Counted from the first letter of the stretch, positions 9,216 to 19,110 are shown. The stretch: DNA of 64,000 bases from Pyrodictiaceae archaeon (GCA_027036135.1 JALVSY010000030.1:96001-160000); one strand, 5' to 3'. Program-made: numbers and translations. The notes: a model not told the origin generated them from the letters alone.

Positions 9216-9724
9216 CAAAGATTAATAACGTAACGAGTATCCCTAGCCTCTATGTGCTTTTTTATTATAAACTCGCTTGTTGAATGAAGCTCAACAACAT
9301 TGGGGACTTTGAGCTTTTCCTTTGCATTACCGCCAAGAATCTCGGAGAGAAAATCGATAACGATTTTCTCGAACGCCTTCTCCAGGTTCTCCACTTCTTC
9401 CTGGGACAGAGGCGGGCAATCGACCGCTAGGTCTATGTCCTTGTCGCCTAGGCCTCCGCTTGGCTCACCACCGTGCATCTCCAAGAGATAGACATGGCAA
9501 CCCTGCGGACAGAGACAAGAAGCTATGCTACGTGCAATTATGTACTTGGCCTTTTGCCACTCGAAACTAGTCCACGGAGGATCAACGCGCATGTTCATAA
9601 GCATATTTAACAGATACCCAATCTCCTTTCTATTATTTTCTAACTTTTCCTTAAGGCATTGAACAGCGTCGCTGGCTAGCAATGATTCTTCTCCAAGAAA
9701 TGGCCGCACAAAGGGGGTTTTCAA
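9212..9724 (-). CDS. Hypothetical protein, atypical Pol-beta-type nucleotidyltransferase fold
   Basis: VYLLE...DKDIDLAV...PNVVELH; paralogous to 9785-10252. Confidence 0.6.
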   Translation of the reverse strand: MKTPFVRPFLGEESLLASDAVQCLKEKLENNRKEIGYLLNMLMNMRVDPPWTSFEWQKAKYIIARSIASCLCPQGCHVYLLEMHGGEPSGGLGDKDIDLAVDCPPLSQEEVENLEKAFEKIVIDFLSEILGGNAKEKLKVPNVVELHSTSEFIIKKHIEARDTRYVINLC

Positions 9725-9784
9725 ACTATTCTGTGACTAGTTTATAGGAAGCTGAGAGAGCAGAGGATTCTATGCATATTAGAG

Positions 9785-10252
9785 TTAAGGGTATAGTTTT
9801 ATTGCCCGTACGCTACGAGGTAGTTTCTTAGAGCCATAAAGCCCACCTATGCTTGTGTGTACCTCAAAAACCGACGGCGCGTTGGTGTAGGACTTTATAT
9901 CGACTCTTGCTAGCTCTGTTAGCTTTGTCAGCATTGCCTCTATTGTTTCCTCGAGTTCTTGTGGATCGAGCTTATCGGCCTTGTTCTCGTCAAGTACTAT
10001 GTAAAGGTCTATGTCTCGGCCTATGTCCGAGTCTGATAGCTCGATATAGTAGACTTCTTGCACTATGTCGCCCAGGAGTTCTTTAATGCAATGCGCTGCT
10101 ACTGACGCTACTCTTCTCTTGAACATCGCCCATTGCATTAGGTATAGGTCGTTGAATGACTCCTCTGATGGCGTGTATTTCTTTACATCGGTTAGTATTT
10201 CTAGGCATTTCTTTATCTTTTCATCACATATACCGTATGTCATGGCTCCCAC
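9785..10252 (-). CDS. Hypothetical protein, atypical Pol-beta-type nucleotidyltransferase fold
   Basis: VYYIE...GRDIDLYI...PSVFEVH; paralogous to 9212-9724. Confidence 0.6.
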   Translation of the reverse strand: MGAMTYGICDEKIKKCLEILTDVKKYTPSEESFNDLYLMQWAMFKRRVASVAAHCIKELLGDIVQEVYYIELSDSDIGRDIDLYIVLDENKADKLDPQELEETIEAMLTKLTELARVDIKSYTNAPSVFEVHTSIGGLYGSKKLPRSVRAIKLYP

Positions 10253-10445
10253 GCTTGTATACCTTTGTTACTTTTTCTAGAGTGCTTTTGTACATGTACG
10301 AGGGTATATAAGACTTTTCTTCTAGGCTGGTGCGCAACTTCTCCTCGAAACAGATACTGTTTCTGCAACAGGGGATAAATCTTTTGCAGAGAGACGAGGC
10401 CTCTGCATGATAACAGGGAGGACCAGGGCTCCTGGAGAACAAGCC

Positions 10446-11351
10446 ATGGTACTCATAGCGCTTACATACAAGAAGCTCGTTGATAGAGACTTCAAGATAC
10501 TCGGTATAATTGAGCGAGAGATGACCAGATACGAGTACGTACCAATAGAGGTTATAGAGCGCAGAGCAAGAATGCCATCAACACACGTAGCGATGATTCT
10601 CCGTAAGCTTAACATGCTTAAGCTTGTTAAGAGGAGGCTAGGCGAGTACGTAGGCTATAGGCTAACCTACCTAGGACTCGACATGCTTGCTCTGCGCTCC
10701 CTCGTAGAGAGAGGGATACTTCATGCACTAGGCGACAGGCTAGGCGTAGGGAAGGAGAGCGATGTCTACTCCGGACTCACCCCGGGCGGTGAACGAGTTA
10801 TTGTGAAGTTTCACAGAGTTGGGCGAACAAGCTTCCAGCGAGTCGCGAGGGTAAGGCACTATGCAGCAGCAAAGCCCTATGCATCTTGGTACGAGCTAGC
10901 AAAAATAGCGGGACAGCGAGAGCACCGCGCACTAGAGGAACTTTACCGAGTAGGGGCACTTGTCCCACGCCCACTAGGGTATAGTAGGCACGTAGTGGTG
11001 ACAGAGTTCATTGAGGGAGTTGAGCTCTACTTATACGAGAACGCTGCCGATCCAGAGAAAATGTTAAGAGATATTCTCGTCACGCTTCGGAAAGCCTACC
11101 TTAAGGTAGGAATAGTACATGGGGATCTAAGCGAATATAACGTCCTCGTAGCGATAAGCGGGGAGGAGGAAAAACCCTATATCATTGACTGGCCACAATA
11201 CGTTGAACGAGAGCACCCAGCCGCTGATCAGCTATTGCGGCGAGACGTGGAATACATAGTGAAGTTCTTTAGAAAGAAATACAGAGTAGACATAGATGCT
11301 GAGAAGGCCTTGAAGTTTGTACGCGGCGAACTAGAGGAACCTTTTAGATAG
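10446..11351 (+). CDS. rio2: RIO2 serine/threonine kinase
   Basis: N-terminal winged helix (GYRLTYLGLD), GVGKESDVY, KFHRVGRTSF, HGDLSEYN, IIDWPQ. Confidence 0.95.
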   Translation: MVLIALTYKKLVDRDFKILGIIEREMTRYEYVPIEVIERRARMPSTHVAMILRKLNMLKLVKRRLGEYVGYRLTYLGLDMLALRSLVERGILHALGDRLGVGKESDVYSGLTPGGERVIVKFHRVGRTSFQRVARVRHYAAAKPYASWYELAKIAGQREHRALEELYRVGALVPRPLGYSRHVVVTEFIEGVELYLYENAADPEKMLRDILVTLRKAYLKVGIVHGDLSEYNVLVAISGEEEKPYIIDWPQYVEREHPAADQLLRRDVEYIVKFFRKKYRVDIDAEKALKFVRGELEEPFR

Positions 11352-11455
11352 TATCTGATGCGCAGAACTTTTTAAGTGCTTGTTTAGAGAGTGGTACTCG
11401 TTAGATAAATGACTGTACATACACTTGTTTCACTTAAGAACCGTAGTATTCAAAA

Positions 11456-11857
11456 ATGTGTTCCTTTTCCTATCTGGGAAGTGGGAGAGCAAACTTGTCC
11501 TCAGCAGTTACTAACGAGACTCAGAAGCCTACCGAGGTAACAAGGGAGGGTATAATAGAGAAAGATGGTATTCTTATTGTTTCGGGAGAGGAATACATAT
11601 ACCGCGTTTGCAGCGCCTTAGCTAGCCCTACGCGAATAAGGATACTAATAGAGCTACTGAAGCGTGAGGCCGATGTAGGCGAGATAGCTGACATGATTAA
11701 GCAGAGTAAGGCGAATGCATCGACACAAGTGCGTAGGCTTGAGGAGATAGGGCTTGTTAGATCAGAGTACCGGCCAGGAGTACGAGGCGTTAGAAAGGTA
11801 GTTAAGACCGCTGTTCGCGAAATAAGGATAGTCCTTGCACCGCCTAAGGAAGAGTAA
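11456..11857 (+). CDS. ArsR-family transcriptional regulator
   Basis: ALASPTRIRIL...EIA...SKANASTQVRRLEEIGLV. True start may be TTG at ~11495. Confidence 0.85.
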   Translation: MCSFSYLGSGRANLSSAVTNETQKPTEVTREGIIEKDGILIVSGEEYIYRVCSALASPTRIRILIELLKREADVGEIADMIKQSKANASTQVRRLEEIGLVRSEYRPGVRGVRKVVKTAVREIRIVLAPPKEE

Positions 11858-11956
11858 CTAGAGCCGGAACCAGCAATGGCCTAAATTCCACCTAGGCCTC
11901 AACGTCTATAATGGTTTTTGGTAGTGATGACTAAAGCAAGGTCTTTCTAGGAGAAC

Positions 11957-12556
11957 CTAAACGGTTTCTGGCCTGGCTTGTTTTTCGCAGCTCTTTAGCT
12001 TGGCTCGTTCCAGGGTTTTTAGGAATTGTTTTAGATCGGAGTCGCTATAGGCTATAAATATTATCTTCTTGGCTCCATTCTTGCTACTTGCTAGGTGTTC
12101 GTCGAGTGCCTCTAGCATTGCCTCTAGGCTCTCGCTGGCCGAGAGTCCACCAACGCCTGCCCCGAGGGCGGGAAAGGTTATACACTCAACCCCTTGACGA
12201 GCAGCTTCCTCGAGAGCAGCCTTTGTCGCCTTTACTACTTTGCTCTTAGTGGTTCTCATTGCTGGTCTCTCCATGGTTGGAGCATGTATTATAAATTTGA
12301 TCCGTGGCGCCAGTTTTCCCGCCGAAGTGGTTATAGCTTTGCCAACAGGTACAGGAGCTTTGTGCCTAGCCTCAGCCTCAACTTCTTCTCCCGCTGCTCT
12401 ACGGAGAGCCCCGGCAACACCACCCCCCATTATCATGAGGCTATTAGCAGGATTTACAACGGCGTCACACTCAACAAGCGTTATATCACCCTTAGCAATA
12501 GCTATAACTCTATTACCGCACTCCATCTCCTTAACTATCTCAATCGAGGCCACCAC
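11957..12556 (-). CDS. Macrodomain (ADP-ribose binding/hydrolase, Af1521-like) protein
   Basis: GDIT, AVVNPANS, GGGVAGAL, FPALGAGVGG. Confidence 0.93.
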   Translation of the reverse strand: MVASIEIVKEMECGNRVIAIAKGDITLVECDAVVNPANSLMIMGGGVAGALRRAAGEEVEAEARHKAPVPVGKAITTSAGKLAPRIKFIIHAPTMERPAMRTTKSKVVKATKAALEEAARQGVECITFPALGAGVGGLSASESLEAMLEALDEHLASSKNGAKKIIFIAYSDSDLKQFLKTLERAKLKSCEKQARPETV

Positions 12557-12685
12557 CTCTCACCCTAATAAGAAGAGGCAGCGACTCATATAAAAAGCCG
12601 AGACCGAGACCCGGGAGACCGTAAAGCATTTACCCCTTACCCCTCATATCGATTTAGTTACATACCTGGAGTCCTTTGGAGGGGC

Positions 12686-12763
12686 GGGCCCGTCGTCTAG
12701 CCTGGTTAGGACGCCGCCCTTACACGGCGGAGGTCCGGGGTTCAAATCCCCGCGGGCCCACCA
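12686..12763 (+). tRNA. tRNA-Val(UAC), CCA encoded
   Basis: GGGCCCG acceptor, loop CT-TAC-AC, TTCAAAT, 3' ACCA. Confidence 0.97.
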
Positions 12764-12855
12764 TTTCCTCCACAAGCTTCTCCTTTAATTTCCCATCACT
12801 AGAGACTAGCAGGCCTCGGATCATTGCTGATCTTTACGAGTTTGATGCGCTGGCT

Positions 12856-13641
12856 CTAGCTGACCTTCCTGGCTATTTCTAGTAGTGGTAGTTTTTCTCT
12901 TACTTCTTTGAGATAGGCTTCTTCTATGAAGGCTTCTCCGTATCTCTCTCCTGAGCCTAGGTCTAGGCGTATTGCACCAAAGGGGTCTACTACTATGCTT
13001 CTACCAGTGAACCTTACGCCCCACTGAGAGGCTATTGCTAGGTATATAGTGTTCTCTATTGCTCTTGATCTCGCTGTTACTACTAGGTGGTCTTCTTTTA
13101 GGTGGCCCTCGAACCAGGCTGTTGGTACTGCTACTACCTCTGCTCCCTGAAGGGCTAGTTTCCGTACTAGTTCTGGGAAGCGTAGCTCGAAGCATATTAT
13201 TAGCCCTATTTTCGCGAATGGTAGGCCTAGGATAGGGGCTTCTTTTCTCCCGCTGCATAAGGTTTCTGACTCTTTTACCCCTAGGGCGTCGAAGAGTATT
13301 CTTTTCCTATAGACTATTCGTGAGTCTCCACCTGGGGTGGCGTATAGCGCTGAGCTATAGACGCAGTCTCCTTCGCGCTCTAGCATGCCGGCTAGTATAT
13401 AGACGCCATACTCCTCAGCTAGGGACTCTATTCCTCTCGTGAAGAAACCGCCATGCGTCTCCGCTCTCTCGAGAAACTCCTCGCGGCTAAGCCCGATCGG
13501 GTTTATGTTCGAGTACTCTGGGAGCAGTATAAGGTCAGCGTTCACGTTGTACCTTGCAAGCACATTCCTTATCCTATTGAGGCTTGAGGCGCTATCATGT
13601 CCCGCGCTGACTTGGAGTATTCCTAGGGTGAAGTCCTTCAA
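12856..13641 (-). CDS. Carbon-nitrogen hydrolase (nitrilase family)
   Basis: LPEY, YRK, ICFELRFPE, RAIEN (E-K-C triad). Confidence 0.92.
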   Translation of the reverse strand: MKDFTLGILQVSAGHDSASSLNRIRNVLARYNVNADLILLPEYSNINPIGLSREEFLERAETHGGFFTRGIESLAEEYGVYILAGMLEREGDCVYSSALYATPGGDSRIVYRKRILFDALGVKESETLCSGRKEAPILGLPFAKIGLIICFELRFPELVRKLALQGAEVVAVPTAWFEGHLKEDHLVVTARSRAIENTIYLAIASQWGVRFTGRSIVVDPFGAIRLDLGSGERYGEAFIEEAYLKEVREKLPLLEIARKVS

Positions 13642-13755
13642 GGCTATCTATTCCACCGAGAAGTCTATAGAATGAGGAAGGTGCTACAAATTTATAGCCC
13701 AGTACTAGTGGGCTACGGAATGGCATCGCGAGTTCACGGTTTTTGAGGGGGTGTA

Positions 13756-14046
13756 TTGAGTACAATGGCTCAGCGCCAGCGTGTTAGGACAATAAGTCCC
13801 TTAAAGATGCTGCGCGACGCTATAGGCCGCGTAGTCCTGGTTAAGCTCAAGGACGGGAGCGAATACGTCGGTAAGCTCCATGCAACAGACTCTACGATGA
13901 ACCTTGTCCTTGACGAATGCATAGAGCTTAAGCCAGGAACTAACGAGCCCAAGGTAAAGTACGGGAGAGTGCTCATTAGGGGAAGCCACGTAGTGTACGT
14001 AAGCGTTGACTACGAGATAGTGGCACCAAGCCTACCAACCGCCTAG
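13756..14046 (+). CDS. Sm-like (Lsm/SmAP) RNA-binding protein
   Basis: VKLKDG.EYVGKL..D..MNLVL and IRGS motifs (Sm1/Sm2). Confidence 0.93.
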   Translation: MSTMAQRQRVRTISPLKMLRDAIGRVVLVKLKDGSEYVGKLHATDSTMNLVLDECIELKPGTNEPKVKYGRVLIRGSHVVYVSVDYEIVAPSLPTA

Positions 14047-14222
14047 TGCACGGCTTATCATTTCTCTCACACAATGACTTGATTACTCCTTATGCGATAG
14101 TAATACGACTTCCTAGTGTCTACTCGATTATCCTTCGATCAGTATTACGAGCTACGTTAGACGCTTCTGAGAGAGGGTATTAATATCTTAAAAGCCTCCG
14201 GGATGACCCCCCCCTTAGACTG

Positions 14223-15464
14223 GTGAAATCAAAAGTGGCAAAGAACATAGTGGTCGAAACCGTAAAGTGGCAGCCGATAGAGGAGCAATACGTTGAGCTA
14301 GTTGAGCGCAAGGGCCTTGGCCACCCCGATACAATAGCTGACGCGACGGCAGAGGAGAGCAGTAGAGTACTATCAAAATACTATCTAGAGAAGTATGGCT
14401 CCATACTACACCATAACCTCGACAAGGTACTAGTGGTTGGCGGCCAAGCAGCACCGAGATTCGGCGGCGGCGACGTACTACAGCCTATCTATATAGTTGT
14501 CTCTGGGCGTGCAACAACAGAGGTTATTCACCGCGACGGCACGAGAGAAAAAATCCCCATCGGGCCCCTAGTACTACAAGCCGTGAAGAACTGGATTAAG
14601 AGAAACTTCCGCTTCCTTGACCCCGAGAAACACGTCATCGTTGATTACAAGATAGGGCATGGGAGCGCAGACCTAGTAGGCATATTCGAGCTTGGCAAGG
14701 CACAGGTGCCCCTAGCTAACGATACGAGTGTAGGAGTTGGCTTTGCCCCGATGACCACCCTTGAGAGACTAGTCTTTGAGACTGAGAGGCTGCTAAACAG
14801 CAGGGAGTTTAAAGAGAAGAACCCTGAGGTAGGAGAAGATATTAAGGTAATGGGGCTTCGTCGCGGAAAGAAGATAGAGTTGACAATAGCGGCTGCAATC
14901 ATATCTGGGCTTGTACAGGATATAGACCACTATCTATCTGTTAAAGATTCTATAAAAGAAGCTGTACTTGACTTAGCGTCAAGGATAGCCCCCGACTACG
15001 ACGTAAATGTCTATGTAAACACTGCTGATAAGCCGGATAAGGGCATAGTATACCTAACCGTTACTGGTACGAGCGCCGAGCACGGAGACGATGGCATGAC
15101 TGGTAGGGGTAACCGTGCATACGGGCTTATCACACCGCTGCGCCCCATGAGCCTAGAGGCCGCTGCTGGCAAGAACCCCGTAAACCATGTCGGCAAGATC
15201 TATAACATAATGGCTATAAGGGCTGCGAGACGTATATACGAGTCTGTGCCAGGTATACGCGAGGTTTACGTAAAACTACTCAGCCAAATAGGGAAGCCGC
15301 TAAATGAGCCACTCGTAGCCAATGTAAAAGTGTTACCGGAGAAGCCTGGCGAGCCACTATCGAGCAACGCTTTGCGGGAAATAGAGGCTATCGTCGCTGA
15401 GGAGCTTGACGGCTTCTCCAAGATAACCAGAGAGATAATAGAGTACAAAATAACAGTCTATTAG
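14223..15464 (+). CDS. mat: Archaeal S-adenosylmethionine synthetase
   Basis: [39 protein letters not shown]. Confidence 0.96.
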   Translation: MKSKVAKNIVVETVKWQPIEEQYVELVERKGLGHPDTIADATAEESSRVLSKYYLEKYGSILHHNLDKVLVVGGQAAPRFGGGDVLQPIYIVVSGRATTEVIHRDGTREKIPIGPLVLQAVKNWIKRNFRFLDPEKHVIVDYKIGHGSADLVGIFELGKAQVPLANDTSVGVGFAPMTTLERLVFETERLLNSREFKEKNPEVGEDIKVMGLRRGKKIELTIAAAIISGLVQDIDHYLSVKDSIKEAVLDLASRIAPDYDVNVYVNTADKPDKGIVYLTVTGTSAEHGDDGMTGRGNRAYGLITPLRPMSLEAAAGKNPVNHVGKIYNIMAIRAARRIYESVPGIREVYVKLLSQIGKPLNEPLVANVKVLPEKPGEPLSSNALREIEAIVAEELDGFSKITREIIEYKITVY

Positions 15465-15487
15465 TAATGGGATGATGGAAATATGTG

Positions 15488-17557
15488 TTAGCTCATTGTT
15501 TCTTTTTCTCTTTTTCCTAAAAAGAGTTTAGCTCTCTTCGCTCTATACTCGCTTATCATTCTCTTAAACTCCTCAATACTTAGTTTTTGCTTCTTGCCCT
15601 CTTCTCTTCTCCTTCTGAGCTCAAGTAAACGCGTATAACCATCTGTTATAACTCTTTCCTCAACAAAAACCATGCTATCCACAGCCTCTATACGGTAAGA
15701 CTCCCTGGGTAACACCGGGATATCATAGCTCTCGATGCAGTTACGCTTCACAAGCTCGTTTCCGGGGACCAGTACAGCTATGAGTATCTTCCCTAGCTCC
15801 CTGCCATACCTTGCCCAGTTCACGGGGTTAATCCTATCAACTACTAGTACCATTCTGCCATACGTCTTGGCGGTTTCATTAATTATTTTGAGTTCTTCAC
15901 TCCCTATGTCGCTAAAGTAAAGCCCTGGTACCAGTTGCCCTGAGGCCACCTCTAGGATTATCCTCTCAAGAGAAACTATGGTTTCTTTTAGCTGTTTATT
16001 TTCCTCCCTTAGTTTCTCTAGCTCACTCCTGAGCACAGAGACCATGTTGGCTAACCGGTTTATCTCTCTATCACGCTCTACTTGGTCCCGGTACTCTAGT
16101 AGCACTATTCTATAGTCTTTCTCGAGTACTTCTAGTCTCTCTGTGAGTTCGCGGAGCCTTTGCTCAAGGAGCTTATTTTGTGCACGGAGTAGCTCTATTT
16201 CCTTGTGTAGTTTGTTGCTTATATCGCTCTGGTGCTTGTCCTCCTGGACCTGGTTGTTGTTCTTTCGGACACGCTTTATGAGGAAACTCTGTGGCTCTAT
16301 TCCGCTGAGAACCCTGTTTATGGCATTCTCTATGGCCTCCGCTATTGTTATTCCTTTCAGTACCTCTGCTTTGACGTGGTCGATGTCTAGCTCTATACCT
16401 ATCCGGGAAGCATACGACTCTACTTGGAGAAGCTTCGACTTATAAGTATTGTATGCACGCAGTGCTGCCGCAAGCGCATCACGGATATGTGAATCCAGTA
16501 TACGGCTTAGCCTCGGATACCTCTTGGCATACGACTCTACTAGCTCGCGTTTCTCTTCAACACTAAGGGAGACCGGCGGCTCGTAGAGAGGAACTCCGAG
16601 GCTTGCTGCGAGCTTTTTAACAAAGTCTGGCGCTGGCTTAACATCTGTAGCAACTAGTACTGGCGTACCGTGCTGCTGTATCCAGCTAATAACATCTCCC
16701 CTATCTAGGCCCCTCCTGCTTAGAGCCGCCACAAAGTTGCCATTGATATCGATTGCGGCTAACCCGGTAGAAATGCCAGGGTCAACACCGACTATGAGGT
16801 ATGGCGTCATGGTTTGTAATTGCTCTTCTTGCTTAGACTCAAAAACTATGTGACTACTATAGACGGGTTTAACCTCTACACGTATATCGTTGTCCTCGTA
16901 GGGCTTTACGATGCCATAAAGCTTGTTTCGCGGCGCATAGACTATGAAAGTCGCGCTATCCAGCCCGCCGCTGCTCTTGCGGAAAACTAGGTCATAGTCT
17001 AGCCTCTCGCGGTCAAGCCGGTGCTTTATCAGCCTCACAGCACGGAGAATAGCTGAGCGAACCTTTCGCTGAAACCTTGGATTACTTGATCCACCGTGTT
17101 TTACTCTACGAGATTTTGAGACAATTATGCGCGTCTTCTCCTCGACAAAGCGTACACGGGAACCATAGCCTCTTAGCGCAAGGACTGCAGCAATATATGC
17201 TGTCCGAGAGGGAGATAGCTTCCCGCCACCCGTCTCGATACCTGCTAGTCTAGCTAACGAGCGAATATCGACATACTCGCCAGTAGGTAGACGAGTAACT
17301 TGGACGATCTCGGTGCTCGGAGGGAGCATAGAAACAACCTTGACGAGTTCATGCTCATCGGATGCCAATTCATAGACATTATCAATGGCTATGATATCCG
17401 GCCTATACTCCCATACCAGGCGAATGACGCGGTGAAGAGGAATAGATTCATACTTGTCTACGAGTCTCTCGCCATCACCTAGTACAGCAACGGAGAAACA
17501 TGGGCGAGAACCCTTACAGCCAGGCTCAACATCCAGCCCCATGATTCGCAGCAACAA
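15488..17557 (-). CDS. DUF460 protein (RNase H-like domains plus coiled coil)
   Basis: IMGLD, IAIDNVYEL, IVGVDPG, HIRDALAAA; long coiled coil. Confidence 0.88.
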   Translation of the reverse strand: MLLRIMGLDVEPGCKGSRPCFSVAVLGDGERLVDKYESIPLHRVIRLVWEYRPDIIAIDNVYELASDEHELVKVVSMLPPSTEIVQVTRLPTGEYVDIRSLARLAGIETGGGKLSPSRTAYIAAVLALRGYGSRVRFVEEKTRIIVSKSRRVKHGGSSNPRFQRKVRSAILRAVRLIKHRLDRERLDYDLVFRKSSGGLDSATFIVYAPRNKLYGIVKPYEDNDIRVEVKPVYSSHIVFESKQEEQLQTMTPYLIVGVDPGISTGLAAIDINGNFVAALSRRGLDRGDVISWIQQHGTPVLVATDVKPAPDFVKKLAASLGVPLYEPPVSLSVEEKRELVESYAKRYPRLSRILDSHIRDALAAALRAYNTYKSKLLQVESYASRIGIELDIDHVKAEVLKGITIAEAIENAINRVLSGIEPQSFLIKRVRKNNNQVQEDKHQSDISNKLHKEIELLRAQNKLLEQRLRELTERLEVLEKDYRIVLLEYRDQVERDREINRLANMVSVLRSELEKLREENKQLKETIVSLERIILEVASGQLVPGLYFSDIGSEELKIINETAKTYGRMVLVVDRINPVNWARYGRELGKILIAVLVPGNELVKRNCIESYDIPVLPRESYRIEAVDSMVFVEERVITDGYTRLLELRRRREEGKKQKLSIEEFKRMISEYRAKRAKLFLGKREKETMS

Positions 17558-17657
17558 TCACCCCAGGGAAACCAGACTAGGTATCAGCGCTTCCTTGCAC
17601 CTAGCTCCCTTTTCCATGTATGAGTGTAGAGAGATATCCTAATAGCTAGTCCCCTGG

Positions 17658-17666
17658 GTTTAAACA
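17658..17666 (+). promoter_or_regulatory. TATA box for the H/ACA RNA
   Basis: GTTTAAACA about 23 nt upstream of the GC-rich hairpin start. Confidence 0.5.
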
Positions 17667-17683
17667 CTTTTTACTAACACGGG

Positions 17684-17753
17684 GCCCCGCCAGTCTCACA
17701 CCCGCCGAGACCCGGCTACGGGGCTGTGAAGCGGGGCGGTCAGGCGGGGCACA
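17684..17753 (+). ncRNA. Box H/ACA pseudouridylation guide RNA
   Basis: Lower stem GCCCCGCC/GGCGGGGC, pocket AGTCTCACA/GCGGTCA, upper stem CCCGC/GCGGG, K-turn (CGA/GTGA), terminal ACA at 17751-17753. Confidence 0.85.
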
Positions 17754-17772
17754 TGCCTAGCTACACGCTGCT

Positions 17773-17850
17773 GGGATGAACGTGCCCCCTCGCGGATCCC
17801 CCTTGCCCGCAGAGGGGCTCCGATGAAGTGTGCCGGGCCGGTTGCGACCG
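17773..17850 (+). ncRNA. Degenerate box C/D-like sRNA downstream of the H/ACA RNA
   Basis: ATGAAC (C), CGGA (D'), internal CCCC/GGGG hairpin, ATGAAG (C'), GCGA (D). Confidence 0.45.
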
Positions 17851-17897
17851 TGCGTGCCACTAGGTTCTAATCCCCCGAGCAAGGTATTCTTCTGTGG

Positions 17898-18311
17898 ATG
17901 GTCGTCTTGGTTCTACAGCGTGGTCCCTGCGGCGAGAAGGTGGGCTCCATAGAGGATATACCAGCGAAACAAGCTACACTCGCAGATGGTACGCCGGTAA
18001 AGGGTGTCACGATAAGGTGGCTTATATCACGTGACGATGGCGCACTGACGTTTGCTATGAGAGTGTTCCAGGCTGAGCCTAACTCGCATATACCTGCACA
18101 CAAACATCCATGGGAGCACGAGATCTTCGTGCTACGGGGGAGCATGAGGGTCAGAATAGAGGACAAGATATACGAGGTGCGCGAGAGGAACTTCATCTTC
18201 ATACCGCCTAATACGGAGCATGAGTACTTTATAGGCGATGAGGGAGTAGAGTTCCTCTGCCTAATACCGTTAAAACCAAGTGTAAGTGAATACTATAATC
18301 CTTGCAAGTAG
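17898..18311 (+). CDS. Cupin domain protein
   Basis: HKHPWEHEIFVLRG and IFIPPNTEH motifs. Confidence 0.9.
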   Translation: MVVLVLQRGPCGEKVGSIEDIPAKQATLADGTPVKGVTIRWLISRDDGALTFAMRVFQAEPNSHIPAHKHPWEHEIFVLRGSMRVRIEDKIYEVRERNFIFIPPNTEHEYFIGDEGVEFLCLIPLKPSVSEYYNPCK

Positions 18312-18376
18312 GTGTTTTCTTCAGCAAAACTTATGAATCCTTCTTTTTCTCACCCCTCTAGGGTGACTAGCTCCTA

Positions 18377-19069
18377 ATGCAACGCGTCCCTGTTAAGCTT
18401 GTCTCGTGGGACGAGATAGTTGAGTGGAGTAGGGGGCTTGCAAAGAGAATCAAGGAGTCCGGTTATAGACCGAGTGTAATCATAGCTGTGGCGCGTGGCG
18501 GCTATGTACCAGCACGTCTTCTCTGCGACTTCCTCGGCGTAGAGAACCTATTAAGCATACAGAGCCAGCACTGGACAGAGGCGGCAAAAGCAGCTGAAAG
18601 AGCTGTGCTCAAGTTCCCGTACAAGGTTGACCTTAAGGGTCACTGGGCACTGCTCGTCGACGACATAGTTGATACTGGAGAAACCTTGCTGCTTGCCCGA
18701 GACTACATACTCCGGGAGTGGCGGCCGGACGAGCTCAAGATAGCTGCTCTGCAGTGGATCAGTACTGTTGCCAAGTTCAAGCCTGACTACTACTACATAG
18801 AGGTCAAGGAGTGGAAGTGGTTTCAGTACCCTTGGACAAGGCTTGAGGACGTAACACAGTTCATTAAGAGAATGATTGCAGAAACGTTCAAGGAGACTGG
18901 GAAGGAGAAGTGGAGCTACAAGGAGATACTAGAGAGCTTTAGGGAGTGGTATGGTGTAGAGGTTGAGGAGTTCTATTATCGGGACGCGTTAGAGATGCTA
19001 GTGGAGCAGGGCTTCCTCGAGAAATGCGGTGAGGAAGAGTACTGCCTAAAGGAGAAGCCCCAGCAATAA
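18377..19069 (+). CDS. Purine phosphoribosyltransferase (HGXPRT-like)
   Basis: AVARGG, LLVDDIVDTGET, WFQYPW. Confidence 0.92.
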   Translation: MQRVPVKLVSWDEIVEWSRGLAKRIKESGYRPSVIIAVARGGYVPARLLCDFLGVENLLSIQSQHWTEAAKAAERAVLKFPYKVDLKGHWALLVDDIVDTGETLLLARDYILREWRPDELKIAALQWISTVAKFKPDYYYIEVKEWKWFQYPWTRLEDVTQFIKRMIAETFKETGKEKWSYKEILESFREWYGVEVEEFYYRDALEMLVEQGFLEKCGEEEYCLKEKPQQ

Positions 19070-19110
19070 GAGCGGTTCCTCGGCTTCCTCGTTGGCTATG
19101 ATGTAACCAG

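Noticed and set aside
12676-12882. 68-aa ORF from the ORF track
   Set aside because: It is a translation of tRNA-Val(UAC).
14060-14177. Possible C/D RNA between Sm and mat (CTCTC/GAGAG stem, ATGACTT...CTGA)
   Set aside because: The C box is poor, no convincing D'/C' pair is present, the spacing is too long and no target was recognised.
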